From the NCBI RefSeq assembly GCF_009914755.1, contig NC_060934.1: a stretch of 64,000 nucleotides of DNA, one strand, 5' to 3'. Position 1 is the stretch's first letter. Every line of letters begins with the position of its first letter. Under the pieces are notes generated by a model. The model saw only the letters and a list, made by a program, of their open reading frames with translations. It was not told where the DNA came from and made no database searches. The DNA is from the human T2T-CHM13v2.0 reference genome, Homo sapiens. Below are positions 1 to 14,057 of this stretch, in pieces. The position numbers and the translations under genes were made by a program.

Positions 1-33
1 TATTTCAAATCCATGTTGTTCCAGGGTCTACTG
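1..33 (-). mobile_element. Terminus (TIR) of a Tigger2-family DNA transposon, truncated by the window edge
   Basis: ttcaaatccatgttgttccagggtctactg+TA resembles the reverse complement of the Tigger2 end CAGTTGACCCTTGAACAACACGGGTTTGAA. Confidence 0.6.
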
Positions 34-1626
34 TAGTATATATCATTGTGGATTACATATATAATTGTTCAAGAGTCTACTGTAGATCTTATAACATATA
101 TAATCAATATTAAATAAATTATAGTTATATATAATTTATTGTATATAAATGGTGACTTACTCTCTAAAGCATAAAAATATATCAGTTTTCCATGACAATG
201 AGCTTTTCTAGCAATAGTCCAACAATATAAGTGTATTCAAGGGGATTCTACCTGGCTTATCACAATAACTGAATATTTAAAGTTTCCAGTAACAAATGTA
301 AACAAAGAAACCACTCACATGTTGCTGGTATGTCAAGCTGAAATGCCACAAAAGCCATTGAGTTACTTGAATATCTAAATTAGAACATCTAAGAAATGGT
401 TAGACCATATTTTGCCTAAAGATAGATTCATAAGAGAAGGCTGATTTGGGAAGTGTTATGCAAGGAGTTCAAGAATTTGGGTAATAAGACACTTTTCCCA
501 AGCCCCACAGATGATCCTGAAGGAAGACTGGCCACTGCCCCAGCCCTCTCTAGGAATGTCATTTTCACATTTGTTTGGGTGGAGAGATGGGAGGGTGGGG
601 AGGTAGAAATCCCTGGCTGTGCAGAATTCCTTGCTGGTCTGGTGAACAGTCAGCCTCCAGTAACCCACAAGGAAGACATTTGTCATGTCTCAGCTGCATG
701 TGGTGGAGGGTTCATCTGCAAGTTAAAATTTGGGAGAGGTGAAGAGAAAAATCTCAAAGACAAAACAATAAGGCCCGAGATTCTGAGACAAGTGTTTGAC
801 GCATAAGATATGCACGGCTGAGTATTAGGAGGTTACTTGGAGACAATGGCCTATACCCATTAATGGAAGTTCTGAAATGTTTACGGAGACAGGAGACTGT
901 ATCCCTCACCGAGAGGGGACAAGCCCTGGGCACCCTGGTGCACACAGCAGCCTTTCCAAAGCACTCTCTGCTCTTGCGGGAAGTTTGGAAATACACTTTA
1001 GCATTCATGCTTTGTAGCTGATAATGAAATGTTTTAGGGCCGGGGCATCTGCTGTAACCTGAAATTGCATGGCCTTGTATAGTGAGGGCTGAGAAATTGC
1101 TTTTCTTCTCTGTTCTATTTTGTCTATGTCATTTTATCTTATTTTCTTGAAAAGGAAATGAGTACATGGGCCTTATCTACAGTGGTGTACATGCTGGGTG
1201 CCAGTGTTTGTATCTGTGTGTGCAAGCACGGTCTGTGTGGTGCCGTCCTCCAGTTGATCAGGGGAAACCTGAGAAAGAAAACGGATCCAGGCCACTGAGG
1301 ACAGCATCTACCCCCATGACTGTGCAACTTTTCCCACTAAATCCACTGGCCAGTTTTGTCAAACTATCAATCAAACACATTGGTAAGGAGCCGCTGGAGA
1401 AGTCAGTTGACTTCTCAGCTAAGGTAGGTATGTTCTAACCTAAGGTGGGTATGTTATTTTAAGGAAATAGATGCAGAACATATACCATTAACACTTAAAA
1501 TGACTGGAGGCATAGTGTTAATAGCAACAATCATGTGAGCTCACCTTTATTGCTCCTGGCATGCTTTAAAGGATTTTCGTTGTCGCTGTTTTTTACGTTT
1601 CTCAGCCTATAAACTCACAATAACCT

Positions 1627-2065
1627 TGTGTTAGTTTATTGGGGCTGCTGTAGCAAAGTCCCACTAACAGAGCGACGTGAATAGCAGAAATGCATCATCC
1701 CACAGTCCTGGAGGCTGCACGTCCAAGGTCAGGGCATTGGCAGGGTTGGTTTCTTCTGAGGCTGTGAAGAAGGTGCTGTCTGCAGCCTCTTCAGGAGCTG
1801 CTGGTGGTTTGCTGACTCTCTTTGGCATTCTTTGACTCATAGAAGCATCACCCAGTTCTCTTTCTTCCTCTTCACATGGCGTTCTCTCTGTGTGTATCTA
1901 AATTTCTTTCTTTTAGTAAGGACACCAGTCATATTGCATTAAGGCTTATCCTAATGACCTCAGTTTAACTTGAATACCTCTGTAAAGACCTTATCTCTAA
2001 ATACAGTCACATTCTGAAGACCTTAATATATGAGTTTTGGGGGAGATACAAGTCAATCCATAACA
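1627..2065 (-). mobile_element. MLT1 (MLT1C-like) MaLR solo LTR inserted in a MIR
   Basis: TG...CA termini, 5-bp TSD aacct (1622-1626 / 2066-2070), typical MLT1 motifs (cacagtcctggaggctg, aaggacaccagtcatattg). Confidence 0.85.
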
Positions 2066-2070
2066 AACCT

Positions 2071-2205
2071 TACAAAGCACTTTCTAAAATGGTCCCCAGT
2101 TTGCAGTTGCAGTTGTGGAAACTGAAGTGCAGGGAAGTCAGGCAGCTTACTGAGGTTTACATAGATGGTGAATATCCGAGCCTGAGTGTCAATCCAGGTG
2201 AGCTG
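2071..2205 (-). mobile_element. MIR fragment (its other part lies at ~1520-1626)
   Basis: MIR core-like ccagtttgcag..ggaaactgaagtgcagggaagtcaggcagcttactgaggt. Confidence 0.6.
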
Positions 2206-5200
2206 GATGGACACACACACACTCAATGGCACTCTTCAACTCCTCACACTGTCTAGGAATGACCATATTAGGAAATGGCCATATTGGTCAAGAGAGGGAA
2301 GGGTCATCCAGGCTGAATTTCCAATCTTTTGAGATCAAAATTAGAGAAAATAAACTGATATTATTTGAAGGCTTTTTAGCTTAATGAAACATGTGTCCCA
2401 TTTAATAGAATTTTTATATTCTCCCACTGTACCACATAGTAACTACTTTAAGATAGTTAAATTTGAATATAAATCCTATTCTGGGAAAAGGACTCTTCTG
2501 TGTAAGACTTGCAATTTCTTATATAATTGAATATTTTCTGAATAATAATGTGATAGCCTCCCTCTCTCTCCCTCCCTTTTTCTCTCTTTGTTTCTTTCTA
2601 GAATAACTTAAAATGTAAGGGTCTGTTTAAATTCATATATTCTAGTACTGGGCCTTAGACATAATTAACAGATGCACAAATTTGCAAGCTATTTTACTAA
2701 TTTGTTCATGCCAACTTGAGGTAAACACAGAAAAAATAAATAGAACAATAACAAACTCTGGAGGTTTTTTTTTTTTTTTAAAAAATTGTAGTGCATAAAA
2801 AGCTTTAGCTCTCCGTGCCCTTCAAACAATTTGTTGGAAATGTTAAGCAAAAATTTTCTGCTTCATCTATAATTCCCAAAAAGAACAAAGCATGTTGGTT
2901 CTTCCTGAAGTTTGTTTTTTATTTTTTATTTTTGAGTACTGTTCTAAGTGTCATTTAGAATCCACAGTTGGCCCAAAGGGTCAAGAAGAAATAGAGATTC
3001 TGCCAGTCCTGGGAATGATTTCCATTTCTCCCTTGTTTTCCAACCTCCACTTCTATTCCTGCATTTTAAGCTCATCTCCACTCTGAACTATTCTTCTGAA
3101 ATGATGCAAAGCTTTTTCTGAGATGGCAAGTAGGCTTTGTTTTGCAAATAAACCAGAATACCTATTGCTTGCATACATTTTTATTCTCTCTGAAATGGGA
3201 GATTCTATTTTTAGACCATGCTGTGAGATCCACCCTCTGGGTCTCTGTTAGATGCCAGGGACAAATGAAGAGCTCTTTTGAGGAATGCAAGACAGTCTCA
3301 GCGGTCAGCATGAGAGACAGTCAGAGCTCTTGCATGAAGGTCAGCTTCTGATTTCAAATCTCAGTGTGAGCATTTGCTGCACCAGTTACAGCTCCATCAG
3401 CCTTTTAGCCTATGGAGGAATATGAAATCTTTCCATCACAGACTGGTTCTCTGGTTTGTAATTCTCAAATCCAGAAGGGGACATTGAGATGGTAGACTGA
3501 AGAAAACCTGTTGTTGTGTGGCCCTTGAGCCTCTTTTTTCAAGTCAGAACCTCTGCTTCGAGAATGTATGAGCAGGTTTCACACAAGCGACCCTGAACTA
3601 GAAAGACAGCCAGCCCCAGCACCATCCTGTAGTTGGTTATAATTTTGGCCTTTATCCTTCCCCCACCCTTATATGTCCATATCATGTATCCACCCTGGTT
3701 ATTTCCGTTTCCCCTGCCCTTTTTCTTAATCACTTCTTATTTGATTACATGCAATTCAATTACTCAACAGAATTCACCATGTTCATAAATGCCTTCATTG
3801 CTTGCAGAGTAGAGCTCAGAGAGCAAAGTCTATCATGTACTTTTTACAAGCACACAAGAGGAAGTTGATTTATTCTGATGCACAATTTCTTTCCGATGAG
3901 AGCGACCATCTTCTTCCAATTACTTATCTAATTGCAGTGACTCACCAAAATGGAAACTTCATGTAGATACGAATTAGTATTATTTTAAGGTATTATCATA
4001 ATAGTGCATTCTGTAATAAAGATGTTAAAATATTTAAGATTGGTTCACTGGACACAAAATAGATCTAATGGCATATCCTTAGGTAATGACCTCATTAACC
4101 ATAGTTATTCTAACCTGCTCCCTAAAATCCACAGCAGATATATATGGTTGGATCTTAATAATCTAATTTTCTTGTCTCTCACATAAGATACAAACTGGGT
4201 CTGTACTTTGCCTACTAGTAAGCCCCTGAATAGCATCAATTGGAATGCAAAATTGAGTGCTAATGGTGTTCTTTATTAACATACACTTTTGTAATGAATC
4301 TCATTTTAGATATGCAAATACATGAGTTAGCTGACTTGCTCCATGACATAGTCAAGAACCCACATCTTGATAGCCAAGAACACAGAAGAGTCATTCCTCT
4401 AGAAAGCTTCATGAAAATCCCCTAAATTTAATGCAGACTGCACTCAGAATTTAAAGAAATGCTTTACTCTTCATCCCTGTTCGGGTCTAATTGGCACACA
4501 CATACGAAAAGGCAGAAGCCCTGCTCTTCATGGCCAGGGTTCCCCAGTGGCTGGCACAGGGCCGAGCTCATTCCAGACCTTCAACAACTTCTTCCTGGCT
4601 GATTAAGGATGGATTGATTGGATTGACTTAGGAAGGGGAAGAAGGATGGAGGAAAAAAGGTTAGAGCTGCCCTTAATTTAACAGTTTTGCCTGATTTTAA
4701 AATACGCACATTTTTTTTCTTTCAGGATGGTTAAAGGGACAATGTCTGCAAAAGAAAATTAAAAATTCCATGCATCTTTCTTTCTAAATGAATTTCCGTG
4801 GCTTTGTATTTTGACCCCCTCCCTGCCAAAGAAAGGAAAACCAAACAGGCATAAGATAAATTTTCATTCTGTTTCATACAAGGCATTTTGTGTATTCCAT
4901 AATCAAAATAATCATCTCCCAAACATGGCTGATAACGAACTTACAAAAAAATAATGCAATGACTGACTTTACTGAACTTTAGCAACAGAAGCAGTATTAA
5001 GATTCACTTCCCATTCCCTGGTATTTGATTCTCCTGTTGTGAGTGTGGGAATGGCTGAACTCAGCAGAGGCTGTTCATAGTTAATATGTGGGGACATTCA
5101 CGACGGAAGGCAATTTGCCAATATTCTGTAGCAAAGCAAAAGTAAATTTGTGATTGCATCTTTTTTTATGCAAACATTTTCGAACAATGTCTTCAAGGGA

Positions 5201-6818
5201 AATGAATGCTTAAATGTATATGTTTCTGATCCACAGATTCCTGCAGTTTTTAAAATTATTACACAGTACCACATTATCATAAATTATTTTCATGCAGGAA
5301 ACTAGGGTTTATCTTACAGGCAATTAAAAGCTTCTGTTAGATATTCCCAGCATGACATTCTCTAAGCCATTAGCTTTTTGTAGGTCAAACACATCTCATT
5401 GACTTTGAAGCACCTTGGGCAGTGGAGATTGGTCCCCTTCGACTGTGCTATGTCATTACCAGTTCTTCTGTGTTGTTATTTTCTGACCCTCGACCTGTGA
5501 CTCTGTGTGATTGTGATGGAGAGGAACTTTGTCACCAATATCAAGTGAGGTATTTTCATTGTTTTCTGGGTCAAGAGAGAAATGATTGTTTCCTCGTTAA
5601 CCTTTGGAGTTATAAGAATTTGGTTTGTCTGATCTTTGTGTGTGTGCAATTGAAGCTCTGAGCTGGATCACATCACATTTCTGGGTTCACGCTGTCTATG
5701 TTTGAAAACCAGAGGCAGAGATCTGCGAGTCTAATCTTCAGATTCAGGGGGTCAGCCTCCGGAGTCTGATGCTGGTTCTGCTCCCGTACCTGTTGTGAAG
5801 TGTTGGGGAAATATCAGGACCCCCCAGCCTTAAAAAGGATGCAAGTATGTAAAAGTGTTTGGGACCTCTCAGCTGCAGAGGAACCTGTGCTTTCTTCTGA
5901 TGGCTGCTCTGCTAGCAAGGCGGCAGGGAGACGCTCAAGACTGCTCTCCTAGCTGTCAGTGCCACTGGTATAGCTGTCAGTGCCACCGGTAATATTCCTC
6001 GCAATGAAGAAAGACTGCTGGTATTTGATTGCTTTTCCCTTTCTCATTCTCTCGTACAGTCTACGTTGCAGGGCGCAAAATTCCTGCACTCAAACACTCC
6101 ATGCTTGCCAAGGTCCACATGCAGAATAGCTGGCCCACAGAAATTCTCTTACCTCGACTTTCAGGGCAAGCTGAGGCTTCTAAGTGAGAGACCCCTTGTG
6201 CTCTCTGGCAATGAGCGGCCTGTGCAGTAATTGTACTTCCCATTAAGGTGTAACTTCCATCTAAAGCCTCTCGTCTGTTCAGTTTCTTCTGAAAAGAGCT
6301 TTATTGCTTTGTGTTTTGTGCAGAGATTGAAACTGATTATTATCAGATATGAAGAAACCAGCTTTGTTTTAATCTTGATAACTCCCAAAGGGATTGCTGC
6401 AGTGACTTAATATCTGTAAGTCCTCAAATCCACCTTTACTTGGATTTTCCATTTTAAATTGTTCTCAAAAACACTTTTCTTCCTCCCTCTCTCTGTGAGA
6501 GTATTTTTACTTGTATTCATCCATTCTTCTTTGAAACATAGTACAGAAATGATCAATGCTTAATCATAGGGCCAATATTATAAGAATTTATTAGTTAATA
6601 TTTGTAAAGATCTTTGATGATAAATTAATGCATTTAAGTAGTAAGCCTTCCTCAATTGTTATGTATAATTATTTTTAATGTGTTTTCAAATTATAGTTTA
6701 CAAACGTCTACCAGAGCTACACAAGCCTAGATTATTAGACAGTTCTTCTTATAGAATTTCTGTAATCCCAGTGGAAATCTTCAGTTTACATACTTGTTTG
6801 TTAGAAGTATTAAAAGTC

Positions 6819-7169
<351 letters not shown>

Positions 7170-7304
7170 TTAAAGAAGGCAACTTTCTAGACTTCTTGAA
7201 GAAGGGAAAAGCTCAGGCAAGCTGTGTGTTTTCCTGTGAAAACTTCAAAATGAAATTAACTGAACACTGAAATGTAATTTTCTTCTTCGAAGAATATAGC
7301 TTTT

Positions 7305-7638
7305 GGTTTTTGTTTCCTTACAATTTTTATTTTAGATTCAAGGGGGTATATGTGCAAATTTGTTACATTGGTAAACTGCATGTCATTGGAGTTTGGTGTA
7401 CAGATAATTTTGTCACCCAGGTAATCAGCATATACTGACAGGTTTTCAACCCTCACACTCCCACCCTCCACCCACAACTAGACCCCTGTGCCTATGGTTC
7501 CCTTCTTTGTGCCCATGTGTACTCCATGTTTAGCTCTCAGTTGTAAGTAAGAACATTCAGCGTTTGGTTTTCTGCTTCTGTATCAATTCATTTAGATTCC
7601 TCCAGCTCCATCAATGTTGCTGCAAAGGACATGATTTC
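7305..7638 (-). mobile_element. L1PA (old, PA13-16-like) 3' end fragment
   Basis: Reverse-complement L1 3'UTR: tatgtgcaaatttgttacattggtaaactgcatgtc ... gctgcaaaggacatgatttc. Confidence 0.85.
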
Positions 7639-8040
7639 TGATGTCTTTCTTAATGATTGAAGCTGCTTCCACTCTTCCTTCTTTTTCTCTGTTGAAAGTC
7701 TTCATTAGACTATGCTACCAATAAATCTATGGGTAATATAGTGCCTGTTTAGAAGCTTAGGTAACATGTAACAAATAATTATTGAGCTCCTATTGCTCTG
7801 AGATCTCTAGACACTAATAGAGAATAATGTTTGTAAAATATAATACAGATTGAGATTTTCAGAATGAACTGCAAAGGGTTGATTTAGGAGGAAGGAGACA
7901 CATAATTATCTTATTTGTAGTCATCCAAACAGGAGTTGTTTTGGAGAGGCAAAGAAGAGCAAGAAACAAAGTTTAAAAGTATTATAAAGAAGGGCTAACA
8001 AGATTGGGTGTTCATATATTTTATTTGCTTTTCTCTTTGT

Positions 8041-8220
8041 CCATTTATTAATTCATTCAAGAAAAAAAGCATTGAATGCCTACTTTGCATCTTTCCCTAT
8101 GTTAGGTCCTGAAAACAAGACGAGAAATAAGTCTCTGAAATTAAGGAGTCCAAATTCTGGTCATTAGAAGGGTTGTGTAAAACCAGTGATTGCATTGCAA
8201 TGACATGAATGATATGACAT
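8041..8220 (-). mobile_element. L2 3' end fragment
   Basis: attcattcaa..cattgaatgcctactttg.. L2 tail motif in reverse orientation. Confidence 0.55.
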
Positions 8221-8229
8221 AGCAGGGAG

Positions 8230-8801
8230 CATGGCTAATCCTATTGTCTACTTGATCGGGACATGTGGTGCCCAGATTAAACATTACTTCTAGGAGCGTC
8301 TGTGAGGGTGTTTCTAGATGAGATTAACATTTGAACTGGTGGATTTAGTAAAGTGGATTCGGATTACCCTCCACAAAGTGAGTGGGCATCATCCAATTCC
8401 TCAAGGACTTGAATAAAACAAAAGGTTAAGGGAGAAAGAATTCTACCCTGCCCCCTTCCTTTTTCTGCCCCAGCATTTGGCTGGAACAAAGGTTTTCTCC
8501 TGCCCTCGCACTGCAGTCACACCACCTGCTTTCCTGGGTCTCCAGCTCCAATTTTCCATAATAAATACATACATATAGATATAGATATCTATATATCTGT
8601 ATCTAGCTAGTATCTATAAATATCTCTATCTATATAGATATATAGATAGATATAAATTGATAACTATATAGATATATTGATAACTATATAGATATAAATT
8701 GATAACTATCTATATAGATAGATACATATATAGGAAATATATGGGATATATGTCTATATCCCCCATTGCTTCTGATTCTCTGGACACCCCTGATTAAGAC
8801 A
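8230..8801 (+). mobile_element. MLT2 (ERVL, MLT2B-like) solo LTR containing an AT-rich repeat expansion
   Basis: gtctgtgagggtgtttctagatgagattaacatttgaa, gggcatcatccaattc, and 3' end ttctctggacacccctgattaagaca. Confidence 0.8.
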
Positions 8802-9452
8802 GCAGGTAAACAAAAGCATTTAAACAAAAGAAAAGCCAGAAAGAAGGAAACTTGCTGGTGGGCTACTGAAATAATGTTACTGCCAGAAAGGAAGTAGAGA
8901 GGATGTCTAGCAAGATGAACATGCTGTGCAGGTCTGGAATATGAGGAAGTTAAAAGTGGGTCAGTCTTACAGGAATATCAAATTGATACAAAAATGTCAA
9001 AACTCAGGTATGGGTGGATGGTCAGGATTAGAGACCTTACTCAAAAGATAATTGACGCGAGAAGCATACATATTCTTCTCAAGTGAGAAACAGAGAAAGA
9101 AAAAAAAATGAGATAAGAGATAGATGAGAGGATCTAATACATTTCAAAGAAGCAAAAGAGAGTGAATAAATGGATAAATAACTCTAGATAAGCATTGACT
9201 ATGAAATGCAATAATAATAGCAATGAATAAGCTGAGGTACTTTAAAGGAAGGAGAATTAAAATGTATGAATAAAATGACATGCAAAACGAGATTGAAATG
9301 ATTAATATAAAAATAAAGAATTGCAAAATGCTGGGCAGTGAAAAATGCACGTTTGTGCTTTCTTGGTGGAGACCCTGTGCAGGCATGGCATCGACAGGCT
9401 GGTGTCTCCTCCTCACACACTGGAAGTGGCCTGGGCATATTTGGTTATAAAC

Positions 9453-9810
9453 TGTATTGGTCTGTTTTCACGCTGCTAATAAAGACATATCTGAGACTGG
9501 GTAATTTATAAAGAAAAGAGGTTTAATGGACTCACAGTTCCACATGGCTGGGGAGGTCTCACAATCATGGTGGAAGGCCAAGGAGAAGCAAAGTCATATC
9601 TTACATAGCAGCAGGCAAGAGAGCTTGTGCAGGGAAACTCCCCTTTATAAAACCACAAATCTCATGAGACTTATTCATTGTCATGAGAACAGCATGGGAA
9701 AGATCTGCCCCATGACTCAATTACTTCCACCTGGTCTCTCTTGACATGTGGGGATTATGGGGGTTATAATTCGAAATGAGATTTGGTGGCTACACAGCCA
9801 AACTATATCA
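9453..9810 (-). mobile_element. THE1 MaLR solo LTR
   Basis: tgtattggtctgttttcacgctgctaataaagacata ... acacagccaaactatatca; ~360 bp, THE1 reverse-complement pattern. Confidence 0.9.
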
Positions 9811-10729
9811 AAACATACTCTTCCTTCAACTGTAGAAATTTTACTTTATTTTTTAAGTGCATAATTGAAAGTAAATCGGGGTGGTTAAGTGGGCAAAGAA
9901 CTCTTTTCAAAGGTCTAGCTCAAGGATAGCTTTCAGGGGCAACAATCTGTGTTGTGTTTCTTAACCACAGATTCCTTTTGTCAGCCCCCTGAGATATCCT
10001 ACAACTTCTTTGATATCAGTTGATGAGGAGAAATAGACATAAATCCATCATGACCAATGAAGAAAAATTCAAGCCCTGGGATGGTGGATTCACAGCTTCA
10101 CATATGAAGAATATCATATGTAAAACCTAAATAAAAGGAAGGTTTTTATTTTTATTTAGTTAAAATACAGCTTTTTTTTGTCAAAGCTGGCAAAAATAAG
10201 CACATTGATGCAAATATATTTTCTAGGTATTACTTATCTGTAGAATTGAAAATCTAGTCATAAGTTTAAAAATATACTTCAACAGGGATTGGACAAGTTC
10301 AGAAAACTCAAAAGGAATGAAATTTTATCAGCTGTTCTCAGAAAAGACTTTTCTTCTCCCAGAAAATAGTAAGTTGCTTCTGTTCTTATAAATGAGCCTC
10401 TGTAAAGCAAACATTATTTATTTATTATAACATATTGAGACTGTCTGCCTTTTTATGCAATTATGTCTTTGTTTTTATTCAAATTTCAGAGAGTATTAAG
10501 AACATTTTATGCATTATGTATGAATCAAATATCAATTGATCAAATATACATTTGAAGAAAATATATTTAATTTGTGCTTAAAATGCATAAAAATATTCAC
10601 TTTATTCTGCCCCATTTTTTCTAATAGGTATATTATTCCCTACGGAAAATAGGATTTGTTAAAAAAAAAAACCCATATGGTAACAACTTTCCCAGAACAT
10701 ATAATTATGGTAAACTGAATATTTTTAAA

Positions 10730-10860
10730 AGTAGTCTACAATTTCATGAGGGCAAAAAGCATGTCTAATCACCTATCTAGTCTCAACATCTAGTGCCAGG
10801 TTGTAGTTGGTGTCCAATAAATATTTTTGGATGAATAAATGAATGAATGAATGAATGAAA
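10730..10860 (+). mobile_element. L2 3' end with (TGAA)n tail
   Basis: ttcatgagggcaaaaagcatgtct...caataaatatttttggatgaataaatgaatgaatgaatgaa. Confidence 0.7.
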
Positions 10861-11589
10861 AAATGTTGTCATGATCTACTGATTGATGGTGGGCTCTCTG
10901 GGTGTATGTCTGCATTCAACATTTCCTATGGCGGCCAAAGCCTTTTCCTCATCATTTTGTCATTTGTCTAGACTACAGAGAATAAACCCAAAGCATGCAC
11001 AGCATCCACCATTCAACATATTACAAAGCAGTAGCACTTGAGGCACTCTAAAAACTGAGTACTTTATGTCATTATCAAGTTCCAGTCTTTAAGGTAGGTT
11101 TTCAGCAAACGGGATTATTATTTTTAAAAGTTGTTGAGACTAGCCTCATATACAAGCTCAAATAGGGTTGAGAGATAATTGTGATGTTGGGCATACATCA
11201 CGTAAGTAAAGGAGAAGCTTTGAATCCTCAGGTTCTACTATTCTGGCCATAAAAGGTTAACAGTAAGAAGAAGAAAGTCACCAATAAAGCATGTGTTACA
11301 GCCACACCATACAGTAAAAGATGGGTTGAAGTGATGCTGGTTTACACTATAGTGAGTTTCCTTATATTCATAACAGTGTGCAAACTTGTAACTCCTGGTT
11401 GTTTTCAATAATGTCTAAGATTATTGCTTTTAGTTCTTTTAAAGAAAATCATCCATCATTAATGGCCCATGTTTTTAAACGTAATATCATTCACCACCCA
11501 TCTTCTTTTGACTTTGAATGACACCTAAACCTCATTTCACTGACAAGATTTACCATAAAAGCAATCAGGAACAAATAAAAATATGTTAG

Positions 11590-11898
<309 letters not shown>

Positions 11899-12249
11899 TA
11901 GAAAGATAATTTATAAAGAAACACTAAATTATGGAGTTAGCCTAATCCTCTATTTTAAAACAAAATAAAATGTATCAGCATTTTCATAAATGTGGCAACC
12001 ATTCGTGGTTTATGTGTGTGGTGTAAATATTATGTACACACCCTGCCATTAAATTAACACCAGAACTCTCCATATTTCATATTACTTTCAATTAATATGG
12101 ATTGACTATGAAAAATACTGTCAAGTAAAACAACATGTATGAGATGAACTCTAGACTATCTCAAAGGGACCCGGTCAAAGGGAAATAGAGTGAATTGGAG
12201 GAAAGCACTGAGAAATTTATCTGGAACAAGTGGAACAAGTATCAGAAAC

Positions 12250-12455
12250 GGTAGTAACACACAGGCCAAATCCAGCCAACCAACTGAATTTTTTCTCTTA
12301 AATAAAGTTTTGTTGGGACACTGACACTTCCATTTTTTCCTGCATTGTCCGTGGTTGTTCTGAGTAGCTTTGGCAGAGAACTATGTGGCCTACAAAGCCT
12401 AAAATATTATGTATTTTTCCCCTTAGGGAAAAAAAGTTTACTTACGATTGCCTAA
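12250..12455. mobile_element. MER58A-like hAT-Charlie MITE
   Basis: caggccaaatccagcc...aataaagttttgttgggacac...tgtggcctacaaagcctaaaatatt. Confidence 0.7.
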
Positions 12456-12500
12456 TATATAGCATAGAAAATTAAAAAAAAATTTAAGAGATAAAAGATA

Positions 12501-12795
12501 GGCCGGGCACAGTGTCTCATGCCTGTAATCCCAGCGCTTTGGGTGCCGAGGGTGGGTGGATCACTTGAGGTCAGGAGTTCAAGACCATCTTGGCCAACAG
12601 GGTGAAATCTCATCTCTACTAAAAGTACAAAAATTAGCCGGGTGGTGGTGGTGCATGCCTGTAGTTCCAGCTCCTCTGGAGGTTGAGGCAGGAGAATCAC
12701 TTGAACCAGGAGGCAGAGGTTGCAGTGAGCTGAGATAGCGCCACTGCACTCCAACCTGGGTGACAGGGTGAGAATGTCTCAAAAAAAAAAAAAAA
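12501..12795 (+). mobile_element. AluS, full length
   Basis: ggccgggcacagtgtctcatgcc...gtctc followed by poly(A). Confidence 0.95.
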
Positions 12796-13307
12796 GACAG
12801 AAAAGGTAGACAAGAGGCTCTAATATACCTCTAAGAAGCAAAAGAGAGCAAATGAATGGATAAATAACTCTAATAAATGACTATAAAATGTAATAATTAT
12901 AGCAATTAATCTGATGTACTTTAAGTGGAGAATTGAAATATATGAATAAAATAACATGTAAAACAAGATCGGAATGATTAATATAAAAGTATTCTGAATG
13001 TCTTATCAGGAAAATGACACATATATTTACTTTACACTTTGTTTAGACAATTATGCATGCTGCTATATATAAGGTCAAATGCAAAAATATATCTTTTAAA
13101 AGCATGGAAATGAAAACTCATGGGTACAACTGCACAGGAGAATGCATGAAAGCTGTAGAAAGGGAAAATGGCGAGTAAAATAATCCAAACCATGCAAAGG
13201 AAGACAAGAGAAGAGAAAATAAAAGGAAGAGGGAAAACATAAAAAAATAGCAGCCATAAGATGATAAAAATAAATTACTAATATATGAATTGCAAATATG
13301 TCATTAA

Positions 13308-13662
<355 letters not shown>

Positions 13663-13685
13663 TAGAATTGATAAAAAAAAAAAAC

Positions 13686-14057
13686 TATGATGATTCATTT
13701 GTGTGTCAACTTGAATGAGCTATGGGGTGTCCAGTTATTTGGTCAAACATGCTGGGTGTTTCTGTAAGAGTGCTTTTGGATGAGATTACCATATTAATCT
13801 GTAGAGTAAAGCAGATTGCCCTCTATAACGTGGGTGGGCCTCATCCAATCATTTGAAATTCTGGATAGAACAAAAAGACTGACCTCCCACAATTAGGGGA
13901 AAATTTTCTGATGGATGACCTTTAAACAGCATCATTGTCTCTCCATGGGTCTCCAGCCTGCTGGTTAACCCCACAGAACTGCCTATGAGCCTCCATAATC
14001 ACATGAGCCAATTCTTTAAAATATATCTTCCTCACTCTGGAGAACCCTGACTGATAC
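13686..14057 (+). mobile_element. MLT2 (ERVL) solo LTR
   Basis: tgtgtcaacttga..ggatgagatt..gtgggtgggcctcatccaatc..ctctggagaaccctgactgatac. Confidence 0.8.

Noticed and set aside
453-806. 117-aa ORF
   Set aside because: Starts at GTG, resembles no protein family I recognise and has no clear exon boundaries; expected by chance.
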